From contig DJSG01000031.1 in the NCBI GenBank assembly GCA_002440265.1, positions 1 to 57,171 of the forward strand: 57,171 bases of DNA. The letters run 5' to 3'. Within the stretch, counting starts at the first letter, position 1; each line of letters begins with the position of its first letter. A model generated the notes under the pieces. That model did not search any database. It saw only the letters and a program-made list of their open reading frames with translations, and was not told the origin of the DNA. This DNA is from Bacteroidales bacterium UBA6340. Lineage in GTDB: Bacteria; Bacteroidota; Bacteroidia; Bacteroidales; Paludibacteraceae. This document shows, piece by piece, positions 1-8,031 of the stretch. A program made the position numbers and the translations under genes.

Positions 1-1
1 C

Positions 2-709
2 ATCATATACACCGTCTTGTGTCAGTGTAAACGAGACTGATTTCAACGTATCAGCAGGAGTCAGACCTTCCGTAGTAATGTTGAGTGTACCCAAAGCGAC
101 AGATGTCTTGTTGGCATACACAGTACTTTCCACGTCGCTATAATCGGCAATGGCTGAGGTTACTTTCAGCGGTTTGGCTTCTATCAGGCTGACTGTTGCT
201 TTCCAGCCCTTGCTTTGGTACGGGTCTTTGAAATAGAAACAGCAGGACAAGTCTCCGGTAGCATCTGTAGAAGTATAAGTTTGGTTGGCAAATGTACCAT
301 GCAAGGTAGCGAGTAACTTATCCGTTGCGGGGAATTTGTAAGAGGCAGTTACTCCAGAACCGGATGTAGGGTAAGTAACGCTGGTGGTGTCAAAAACGCC
401 ATTATAGATATAGAGTTTGGCATCATAGGAATCACTATATGGCTTTACCTCGAATTCTTCAAAGTTAATAGAAACGGCATACCCCTTTTCTGCCGACTTG
501 AAAATCGTAGTGGCAAACGAGTTGTTGGTACCGCCGGTATTCATACTTTCGGTACCTTTGTAGTCATAGAAAGTAATCGGGTTGTCCTTTTCCACCAAGA
601 CGACCTGTTTACCAAACTGGGGCATTAGCACGTCTTCGGCGTGCGCCCCGAGCGGGATGAGGGGTAGGAGACCCAACAGCCCTGCTAATAAAAAGGATTT
701 CTTTTTCAT
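2..709 (-). CDS. secreted protein, N-terminal 236 codons (gene continues beyond the left edge)
   Basis: Hand translation gives an ATG at 709-707, and the frame stays open down to position 2. The N-terminus MKKKSFLLAGLLGLLPLIPLGAHAEDV is a signal peptide. It is missing from the ORF track only because no stop codon lies inside the window. Confidence 0.7.
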   Translation of the reverse strand, partial: MKKKSFLLAGLLGLLPLIPLGAHAEDVLMPQFGKQVVLVEKDNPITFYDYKGTESMNTGGTNNSFATTIFKSAEKGYAVSINFEEFEVKPYSDSYDAKLYIYNGVFDTTSVTYPTSGSGVTASYKFPATDKLLATLHGTFANQTYTSTDATGDLSCCFYFKDPYQSKGWKATVSLIEAKPLKVTSAIADYSDVESTVYANKTSVALGTLNITTEGLTPADTLKSVSFTLTQDGVYD

Positions 710-1252
710 ATTTATATTTAGTTATTCTTAGTTACTCTTTGCTACTTCCTTTGTCATCCTCCGAATGCAAGATAACATCATACCCATTATTCTGTTGCAT
801 ATATGCACAAAAAAGCCGCTTGACACACGTCAAACGGCACAGATAGCACTACCGACTCCCCCTGCCCCCTCAAAGAGGGGGTATCCCAATACACTACATG
901 CCCCTCCTATGGAGGGGTTGGGGAGGTCTTGTCTTATGCTTTTTCCTCGAAAGCCGTTTGACGAACGCCATTGGCAGGTCTTCTGACTCGTTTGCTCTGC
1001 GGCGTCTTCCCATTGGAGTCGTCCTCCAACAGTGACTTGTTTGCCACAGAGTGCAATTACAACATTTGCTGTCACGACGCGAGCCGCGTCGTCTCTCATC
1101 TGTGCATTGCCTAAAAAAACTTACAGCAGCGGGACTGTCCGGGATTTGCACCCGATTCCCTTTTAATGTCTTGCGTGATAAATGCAAGCCAACCAACACG
1201 TTTATTTCATACATATCTGCCTTGCGGCAGGTTCTCCCACGGGAAAACGGTG

Positions 1253-1260
1253 CAAAGGTA
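1253..1260 (-). promoter_or_regulatory. Bacteroidetes -7 box TAccTTTG (minus strand)
   Basis: Plus-strand caaaggta within ggtgcaaaggtactac. It matches the extended local consensus GTACCTTTGCACC and points toward the gene starting at 709. Confidence 0.4.
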
Positions 1261-1303
1261 CTACAAGTTTCCGAATTGCACAAATAAAAGGACAAAGTTT
1301 CAG

Positions 1304-1602
1304 GGCAACCGCATCAAAATTACAATATCAATAGTATGCTTTTGAAAAAACAAGTGTAACATTTCTATGCAAAATGGTATTCGTACTTAACGACGCGGGA
1401 CGCGTCGTCCCCATAAGCACAGCAAATCCATTCAGTTTGTGCCCAACTGCCCGCGGATGAGGAGAGCACCACGCTACGTCCACTGAATTGAAGAACCGCG
1501 GACGAGGGCGTCCGCGCGTCCCCGGCAATGCCATCTTATGGCAAAAAAACTAATAATGCGTTCTTACAATGCATAAACATGTGAGTATTTGATGCGGTTG
1601 CC
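1304..1602. repeat. 299-bp segment bounded by 15-bp perfect inverted repeats (MITE-like or invertible)
   Basis: ggcaaccgcatcaaa at 1304-1318 is the reverse complement of tttgatgcggttgcc at 1588-1602. The interior holds two GC hairpins (1390-1408, 1497-1516) and the motif gtttgtgcccaactgcccgcgg, which is also present at 18866-18887. An arm-like copy, ggcaaccgcataaaa, lies at about 35590. Confidence 0.4.
1315..1322 (-). promoter_or_regulatory. -7 box TAatTTTG straddling the left inverted-repeat arm
   Basis: Plus-strand caaaatta. The TTTG half lies inside the repeat arm and the TAAT half lies inside the bounded segment. Confidence 0.3.
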
Positions 1603-1655
1603 ATGTACCAACATCCATTTTCATATTTCTTTTTGCGCACATGCAAAAATTGTTG

Positions 1656-1663
1656 TATTTTTG
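1656..1663 (+). promoter_or_regulatory. -7 box TAttTTTG
   Basis: tgtatttttgcagcg resembles the gltX promoter (tatatttgcagcg). It sits 420 nt upstream of the next CDS at 2086. Confidence 0.4.
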
Positions 1664-2085
1664 CAGCGCAAAGGCTTATGTTGGGGATAGTTGGGGCGGG
1701 AATGGCTGAGTGCAACCGTGGCTGTTGCCCGTAGCAAACGGGTATCGGTTGTGTGTGTACGCAGTTGCTACCGCGACAATAACGCCCTGCACAAGGAGTC
1801 TTTGCACATATATTGTTATTAAACGGCGTTTATCAGCGCTTGTTTTGGTGGTTTGAAATCCGGAAAATTTCCTCACCCAAAACAAGAAGTGCAGTAAACG
1901 CCCATGGGTGTGTACTATGTACACCATTTTGGTGTATATCTGCATACCGGCGTGGGCGTTATTGTTTGTTCTTGTGAAAGGGTCATTTCCGGAACCTCAA
2001 ACCAGAGAATGAGCAAGGATAAGGGTTCCACGCTTGTTTTTATGTATGGGTTGGTAGGAACCGCCACCCGCAAAACATCAATACA

Positions 2086-2553
2086 ATGAACAAACGATTT
2101 ATCTTGTTTGTATGTCTGCTGTGCAGTTTTCCGCTCATGGCAGACCGACTGACGGTTCAGCACAAGTACTTTGGTACTGACCGTACGGAAGACATTGCCG
2201 CTATCGGCAAGTGGGTCTTCGTGGACGACCGCGTCCAACTGCTTGACCACAACGGGTATCTGTTGGGAGAAGAGTACATGGAAAACATTATCAAAATCAC
2301 TTTCTCCGAGACATCGCCTGTGCCCACCTCCATAGACGGTGCCCGGTCCGGTACGGTCATTGTCTATCCCAATCCTACGCATGAGATGCTCTGCGTGCAA
2401 GGCGTGCCTGACGACACCACCCTGCGGGTGTACTCCACTACTGGGCAGTTGCTCACCACAGCGCAAGGGACAAAGATAGATGTCAGTCACCTGCCACAAG
2501 GTACGTATCTGCTGCAATTAGGGATACAGGTAATAAGGTTTATTAAGGAATAA
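2086..2553 (+). CDS. small secreted protein with a T9SS C-terminal sorting domain
   Basis: Signal peptide MNKRFILFVCLLCSFPLMA. The C-terminus VIVYPNPTHEMLCVQG...LRVYSTTGQLL...VSHLPQGTYLLQL matches the Por_Secre_tail pattern. Confidence 0.75.
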   Translation: MNKRFILFVCLLCSFPLMADRLTVQHKYFGTDRTEDIAAIGKWVFVDDRVQLLDHNGYLLGEEYMENIIKITFSETSPVPTSIDGARSGTVIVYPNPTHEMLCVQGVPDDTTLRVYSTTGQLLTTAQGTKIDVSHLPQGTYLLQLGIQVIRFIKE

Positions 2554-2849
2554 GACCTCCCCTAACCCCAGACCTCCCCAACCCCTCCAAAGGAGGGGCT
2601 CGACGGAAAAGGGACAGGTAAGTCGAATAAGGCTAATGGGGCTAATAAGTCTAATGAGACTAATAACAACTACAAATAACAACAAACAAATCCTCTCTAT
2701 TGAGCCCTCCTGTCGGGGTCCCCGTAAGCCCGTGGGCGAAACGGGGTGCTCTCGGAGGGGTTGGGGAGGTCTAACAAATGTATAACAATTAAACAAATCC
2801 TCTCTGTTCTCCCCTCCTTTGAAGGAGGGGCCGGGGGAGGTCTAGAATT

Positions 2850-3914
2850 ATGAAGAGATTTATTTTATTGGCGACTATGTTCGCCGTTGTATTGGGCGTG
2901 AGTGCCCAACGTCGTATGCAGGTGTGGGAAGGAAACACCTACATGCAGTTTTTCACCACCAATGTGGATAGTGTAACATTCTTGTCGTTCCCTGAGGGTA
3001 TTCTGCAGGAGTGCGAAGAGATACACGATACTATCATCAAGACCATCACGGTGCGCGATACCGTTACTCTCACTGTGCGTGATACTATCACAAAGACGAT
3101 AACCGTGCACGATACCATTACCCAAATCGTGAAAGATACAGTGTACATCCAGTATTGTCCCGATACCGTGTCGGATAAGCCTCTGGTCGGTGCGTTCTCG
3201 GTAAGTGCTACCAAACAGGTGCGTTTCTCTCGTGGCAATCTGCAGTACACACAAAGCACACAGACATGGTCGTTTGCCAAACACCAATACGATATGATAG
3301 GAGAAGCAAATGTAAGTGGTAGCAGTTTGGCTGACAAAATAGACTTATTTGGTTGGAGCGGTGATTTTATTAGTAGTACCCCTTGGGGAATAAGCGCTTC
3401 CACAATTTACACTGTATATCGGGGTAACTTTGTTGATTGGGGTACAAATATCGGTGATGGAAAAACATGGTACACATTGACTGATGAAGAATGGAAGTAT
3501 TTACTTCACCATAATGGTGGTTGTGGTGTAGCACGTATTAATCTCAACACAGATGGTACAGAATATGTCAATGGTCTTATCCTACTTCCTGACACATGGA
3601 CTTGCCCAGAGGGAATGACTTTCAATGGTGGCGTTTCCAAAACAAATAGCATACAGGCTTATGCTGATCACCAAACGTTCACTCGTGCTGATTGGCAAAA
3701 GTTAGAATCTGCGGGTGCAGTTTTCCTGCCTGCTTCTGGTCACCGTGACGGTTCTAACGTGAATGATGTGCAGGACTATAGTCTCTATTGGTCTGCAACG
3801 CCTGACGGAAGAGACCGTGCATACTTCCTGTACTTCCGCTCATCTGAGGTGTACACAGATTTTCTTCTCCTTCGCTATGTTGGACGAGCAGTCCGTCTCG
3901 TCCAAGATTTATGA
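2850..3914 (+). CDS. secreted/lipoprotein with DT[IV]T repeats and a FISUMP/DUF1566-like C-terminal domain
   Basis: Signal peptide MKRFILLATMFAVVLGVSAQ. Repeats TITVRDTVTLTVRDTITKTITVHDTITQIVKDTV. The tail FSRGNLQY...WYTLTDEEWKYLL...LPASGHRDG...YWSAT...GRAVRLVQD fits the FISUMP-type pattern as I remember it. Confidence 0.7.
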   Translation: MKRFILLATMFAVVLGVSAQRRMQVWEGNTYMQFFTTNVDSVTFLSFPEGILQECEEIHDTIIKTITVRDTVTLTVRDTITKTITVHDTITQIVKDTVYIQYCPDTVSDKPLVGAFSVSATKQVRFSRGNLQYTQSTQTWSFAKHQYDMIGEANVSGSSLADKIDLFGWSGDFISSTPWGISASTIYTVYRGNFVDWGTNIGDGKTWYTLTDEEWKYLLHHNGGCGVARINLNTDGTEYVNGLILLPDTWTCPEGMTFNGGVSKTNSIQAYADHQTFTRADWQKLESAGAVFLPASGHRDGSNVNDVQDYSLYWSATPDGRDRAYFLYFRSSEVYTDFLLLRYVGRAVRLVQDL

Positions 3915-3963
3915 TTAAGTTTTCTTTTATTCTCATTATGATAATTTATAAACACATCAAATT

Positions 3964-5028
3964 ATGAATATATCAATTTTATTAGGAGCGGGATTTTCAG
4001 TAGCCGCAGGGTTTCCCACTGCAAAACAATTATCAGAGAATATTGTGAATGCATCAAGTCTGAATTTCTGTATATACGCTGGTAATTTATGCGAACGACC
4101 AGAGTCTATTCCTTACCGTAAAGTTTTAATGAAACCTTTCGAAAACTTGTTAGCCCTCATCCATTTTTATTCGTATCTTCATTGTAACCATTTCGATTAT
4201 GAGCATTTTTATGACTTTTATTGGAAAATACGGGGCATATCCGACCTTTTTGCAGGAGAAGAATTGGATATGAGGATAAAGGAAATCAATGACTTATATC
4301 AAAAATTAGTATGTTTTTATTTGGATAAAGCCGATAAAATGGCTAAACAATATACTGAATATTACGAACATTTCAATTCTTTTGTGCGAGATTCTGCACA
4401 GAGGGATATGGTTTATATCCATACCTTGAACCATGATACATTGTTGGAACAAATGTTAGACGGGCAATATAGCGACGGTTTTTCCACAACAGGTTCACTG
4501 TTTCATTGCAACGAGCATGATATTCAAATGTTTTCCGAGAGTAACTATCAAGGCAATATACTACTTTACAAGTTACATGGCAGTTTAGATAGATACCTTT
4601 ATACCTACCAAAATGACTTTTCCAAACATAAATACATCAAGATTCCCCTGCAAAGTGGAATTGATATAGAGGACATAAGAAATTTGAATGATATAGATAA
4701 ACCATGCTTACAATGCCTAATTCCAGATTTTTTGACAGGAGCAACGACAAAGATACGACGATATAAAGAACCTTTTTATGCGTCTATGTTTGAATGCTTT
4801 GCGAAAAATCTTCAAAATTCTGATACGATATACATTATTGGGTATGGAGGTCATGATAATGAAATCAATAAATATTTATTAACGCATGCAAGAAGTAAGC
4901 CAATCTACATTATAGACCCTTTTCCAAATAATGAGTTACAGAGATTATCCGACAAGTTAGGAACTAATTCGCGTATCATTCCTAAAACTATAAAAGAATG
5001 CGATGTTGCTTTGCTACATACCTCTTAA
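3964..5028 (+). CDS. SIR2-like protein (SIR2_2/PF13289-type), stand-alone
   Basis: Ordered motifs ILLGAGFSVAAGFPTAKQL, TLNHDTLLE, LYKLHGSLD and IYIIGYGGHDNEINKYL match the remembered SIR2_2 signature (GAGxS..G.P, TxNxD, LHGS, iGYS..D). The gene is about 32-37% GC on hand-counted lines. Confidence 0.8.
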   Translation: MNISILLGAGFSVAAGFPTAKQLSENIVNASSLNFCIYAGNLCERPESIPYRKVLMKPFENLLALIHFYSYLHCNHFDYEHFYDFYWKIRGISDLFAGEELDMRIKEINDLYQKLVCFYLDKADKMAKQYTEYYEHFNSFVRDSAQRDMVYIHTLNHDTLLEQMLDGQYSDGFSTTGSLFHCNEHDIQMFSESNYQGNILLYKLHGSLDRYLYTYQNDFSKHKYIKIPLQSGIDIEDIRNLNDIDKPCLQCLIPDFLTGATTKIRRYKEPFYASMFECFAKNLQNSDTIYIIGYGGHDNEINKYLLTHARSKPIYIIDPFPNNELQRLSDKLGTNSRIIPKTIKECDVALLHTS

Positions 5029-5104
5029 AGTTTCAAATACATCCCCCATATTGTATTGGATACTAAATTCTTCTTTCAAAGAGCAGCATAATTGGGAAAT
5101 AAGG

Positions 5105-5141
5105 AGACTGTCTAACAAGTTGTATTAGGCAGTCTTTTTTA
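5105..5141 (+). terminator. rho-independent terminator after the SIR2-like gene
   Basis: A 10-bp stem, agactgtcta / taggcagtct (one G-U pair), with an 11-nt loop, followed by tttttt. Confidence 0.7.
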
Positions 5142-5689
5142 TGATGCCATTTGTGATTGTAGTTTATATTAAGTTATTACTGTCTGGTAAAAGTGTTGTT
5201 ACAATGGTACGCCAGATATTGATGTACTATTATCGACTTATATGTCTTCCATGTAGCTATAGAATGGCTCTAAAATGAGTGATTAAATGGAAAAATATAT
5301 ATCTACAGCAATCCGCAACTTGCGCTTTTTGCGTAGGAGGGCTCGCTTTTGCAAAAATACATACCAATATGCCCTTTTATGGGCATTTGGAAGGGACTTT
5401 TCTTCTTTGGGCTGTGTTTACCGGACAGCAATAATATTAAGTTATCAGCAAAAGCAACTAACTATGGGAACAAAGTCGTGCTAACATTTCTATAAAATAA
5501 CGGAGCACTCGCATATAAATTAAAATGCAACTTTTGTTAAGATAGCCATTTTCGAAAAAGTGTAGGGAAAGTGGTGAAAAAATGAAGATTTTTTGGTATT
5601 GAGTGTCAGCAGGTTACAAGCCAAAAATGCAAAATGCACCATTTTGGCGAAAAAACGAAAATAAATTTGGATTTTGGACGATTTTGTAT

Positions 5690-5697
5690 TATCTTTG
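5690..5697 (+). promoter_or_regulatory. -7 box TAtcTTTG (distal clpP promoter)
   Basis: ttgtattatctttgtat. Confidence 0.4.
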
Positions 5698-5777
5698 TAT
5701 TCGGATTAGGAGTGGTAGGCGGGTATTGAGGGGGACAGGCAACAGGGAGGGTACTTGTGCACCTCGATAAAAATGCG

Positions 5778-5785
5778 TAACTTTG
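5778..5785 (+). promoter_or_regulatory. -7 box TAacTTTG (proximal clpP promoter)
   Basis: gcgtaactttgcgg, 109 nt upstream of the clpP ATG. Confidence 0.5.
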
Positions 5786-5893
5786 CGGGGCGAATAGTGC
5801 CGCGAAGCGATGCAAGTAACGTAAAATAGCAACATAAAAAACAACGTAAAAGCAACATAGCAGCAACGTAAAACAACGAAACAAGACAAGATA

Positions 5894-6556
5894 ATGACAA
5901 ACGATTTTCTCAAGTTCGCCGTAGCGAACGGACTCAATTCCATGCACGTGGAGCAGACCATACAGGCGTCTGCCAACTATATCAGCCCGTCCATATTGGA
6001 AGAGCGGCAACTGAATGTCACGCAGATGGACGTGTTCTCGCGTCTGATGATGGACCGCATCATCTTCCTCGGCACCGAGGTCAACGACTACACAGCCAAC
6101 GTGATTCAAGCCCAACTGCTGTACTTGGACTCGGCTGACTCGGACAAAGACATACACATATACCTCAATTCCCCCGGCGGTTCCGTATATGCGGGCTTGG
6201 GTATCTACGACACCATGCAGTTTGTGCGCTCGCGCGTAGCCACGATATGCACGGGTATGGCGGCATCCATGGGTGCGGTACTGCTCGTAGCGGGCGAGAA
6301 AGGTATGCGTGCCGCGCTGCCCCACAGCCGCGTGATGATACATCAGCCGTTGGGAGGCATACAGGGACAGGCTTCGGACATCGAGATTACCGCCAAGGAA
6401 ATCCTCAAACTCAAGGACGAACTATACCAGATTATCTCCGACCATTCGGGGCAGAGCATGGAGCGTATCCGTCACGATGCCGACCGCGACTACTGGATGA
6501 AAGCCAACGAAGCCCTCGAGTATGGTATGATAGACAAAGTGTACGAGAGGAAGTAA
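5894..6556 (+). CDS. clpP: ATP-dependent Clp protease proteolytic subunit
   Basis: [20 protein letters not shown] and MIHQPLGG catalytic-region motifs. It is followed by clpX. Confidence 0.97.
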   Translation: MTNDFLKFAVANGLNSMHVEQTIQASANYISPSILEERQLNVTQMDVFSRLMMDRIIFLGTEVNDYTANVIQAQLLYLDSADSDKDIHIYLNSPGGSVYAGLGIYDTMQFVRSRVATICTGMAASMGAVLLVAGEKGMRAALPHSRVMIHQPLGGIQGQASDIEITAKEILKLKDELYQIISDHSGQSMERIRHDADRDYWMKANEALEYGMIDKVYERK

Positions 6557-6768
6557 GGGGGTGTTCTTTTAATTGCTTTTTGAGTGATTTTTGAGTTTTT
6601 TGGTTAGTAGATGCGCGACTTGAGCAAAGGAGCAATGCGGGCATTGTGACTGAGCGAAAGCCTCGCAGATACAAGCAAAAAACAAAAAGCACCAAAAAAG
6701 TGTTACAACACCCTCACATTTGTAAAATTTTAAGTTAAACGGGGAATTAATAGAACACCCCCTATAAT

Positions 6769-8019
6769 ATGGCAACAAAGAAGAAAGAACAGGCCGTCTG
6801 CTCGTTCTGCGGTCGCCCTATGCCGCAGATGTTCAAGGGCGAGGACGGGGCATATATATGTCAGGAGTGCATAGAGGCGGGGCATCAGATGATTCAGCAG
6901 ATGAATCAGCACCAGACGCAGCACCCCGAAGTGGAGGGATTGGACCTGGCGCACCTGCCCAAGCCAACGGAAATCAAGGCTTTCCTCGACCAATATGTTA
7001 TCGGTCAGGACGAGGCAAAGCGTTACCTCTCGGTGGCGGTGTACAACCACTACAAGCGTATCCTGCAGCCGCGCGAGGAGAACGGCGTGGAGATAGAGAA
7101 GTCCAACATCATCATGGTGGGCTCGACAGGTACGGGTAAGACACTGTTAGCCAGAACGATAGCCAAGATGTTGGCGGTGCCCTTCACGATTGTGGACGCC
7201 ACCGTGCTTACCGAAGCCGGCTACGTGGGCGAGGACGTGGAGAGCCTGCTCACGCGCCTGCTGCAAGAGGCGGACTACGATGTGAAGAAAGCGGAGAAAG
7301 GCATTGTGTTCATCGACGAGATAGACAAGATAGCACGCAAGTCGGACAACCCGTCCATCACACGTGATGTGTCCGGCGAAGGCGTACAGCAGGGCTTACT
7401 CAAACTATTGGAAGGGTCGATGGTGAACGTACCACCCCAGGGAGGACGCAAACACCCTGAGCAAGAATTCATTCATGTCAATACACAGAATATACTGTTC
7501 ATCTGCGGCGGAGCCTTCGACGGTATCGAACGCAAGATAGCACAACGCCTTAACACACAGGTAGTTGGCTTTGATGCCGCACAAAAGACCAAGCAGGTGG
7601 ACAAGAGCGATTTGCTGCAGTATATCGCACCTCAGGACTTGAAGTCGTTTGGTTTGATACCGGAAATCATCGGGCGTCTGCCTATCTTGACCTATCTCAA
7701 ACCGTTGGACCGCGATGCCCTGCGCAATATCCTCACCGAGCCCAAGAATGCCATCACCAAGCAGTATCAGAAACTGCTGGCTATGGATGGCGTATCCCTC
7801 ACTTTCGACCGCGATGCACTCGACTATATCGTGGACAAGGCGATTGAGTACAAACTCGGGGCCCGCGGACTGCGCAGCCTGACCGAAACCATCATGATGG
7901 ACGTGATGTACGAAGTGCCTGCCGACAAGAGTATCAAGGAGTTTCATGTCACTCGTGCACTCGCCGAGGAGAAATTGTCACGCATCAACCCGCTGACCCT
8001 GCAGGCATCACAAGGATAG
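6769..8019 (+). CDS. clpX: ATP-dependent Clp protease ATP-binding subunit ClpX
   Basis: N-terminal zinc finger CSFCGRP...CQEC, Walker A GSTGTGKT, and FIDEIDKI. Confidence 0.97.
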   Translation: MATKKKEQAVCSFCGRPMPQMFKGEDGAYICQECIEAGHQMIQQMNQHQTQHPEVEGLDLAHLPKPTEIKAFLDQYVIGQDEAKRYLSVAVYNHYKRILQPREENGVEIEKSNIIMVGSTGTGKTLLARTIAKMLAVPFTIVDATVLTEAGYVGEDVESLLTRLLQEADYDVKKAEKGIVFIDEIDKIARKSDNPSITRDVSGEGVQQGLLKLLEGSMVNVPPQGGRKHPEQEFIHVNTQNILFICGGAFDGIERKIAQRLNTQVVGFDAAQKTKQVDKSDLLQYIAPQDLKSFGLIPEIIGRLPILTYLKPLDRDALRNILTEPKNAITKQYQKLLAMDGVSLTFDRDALDYIVDKAIEYKLGARGLRSLTETIMMDVMYEVPADKSIKEFHVTRALAEEKLSRINPLTLQASQG

Positions 8020-8031
8020 CCGTTTTGCTGT

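Noticed and set aside
1664-1800. Cobalamin or other riboswitch downstream of the 1656 promoter (GGGAAT..GGCTG..GCCCG resembles part of the B12 core)
   Set aside because: There is no B12 box (GCCACTG-type) and no matching helices. The downstream gene is unrelated to cobalamin. I could not fit any riboswitch class by eye.
3290-3914. Lower GC in the C-terminal half of the FISUMP-like gene, suggesting that a cassette was swapped in together with the SIR2-like gene
   Set aside because: Hand counts of individual lines ranged from 42% to 53% with no clean breakpoint. This is not supportable without a sliding-window calculation.
5287-5484. 65-aa ORF in the AT-rich region downstream of the SIR2-like gene, considered as a possible partner gene
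   Set aside because: It has no promoter box, no recognisable motif and an odd composition. It lies after the strong terminator at 5105-5141. I cannot support it as a second component of a system.
5606-6343. 245-aa minus-strand ORF
   Set aside because: It overlaps clpP and its promoter and leader region in antisense. The composition does not look like a real protein.
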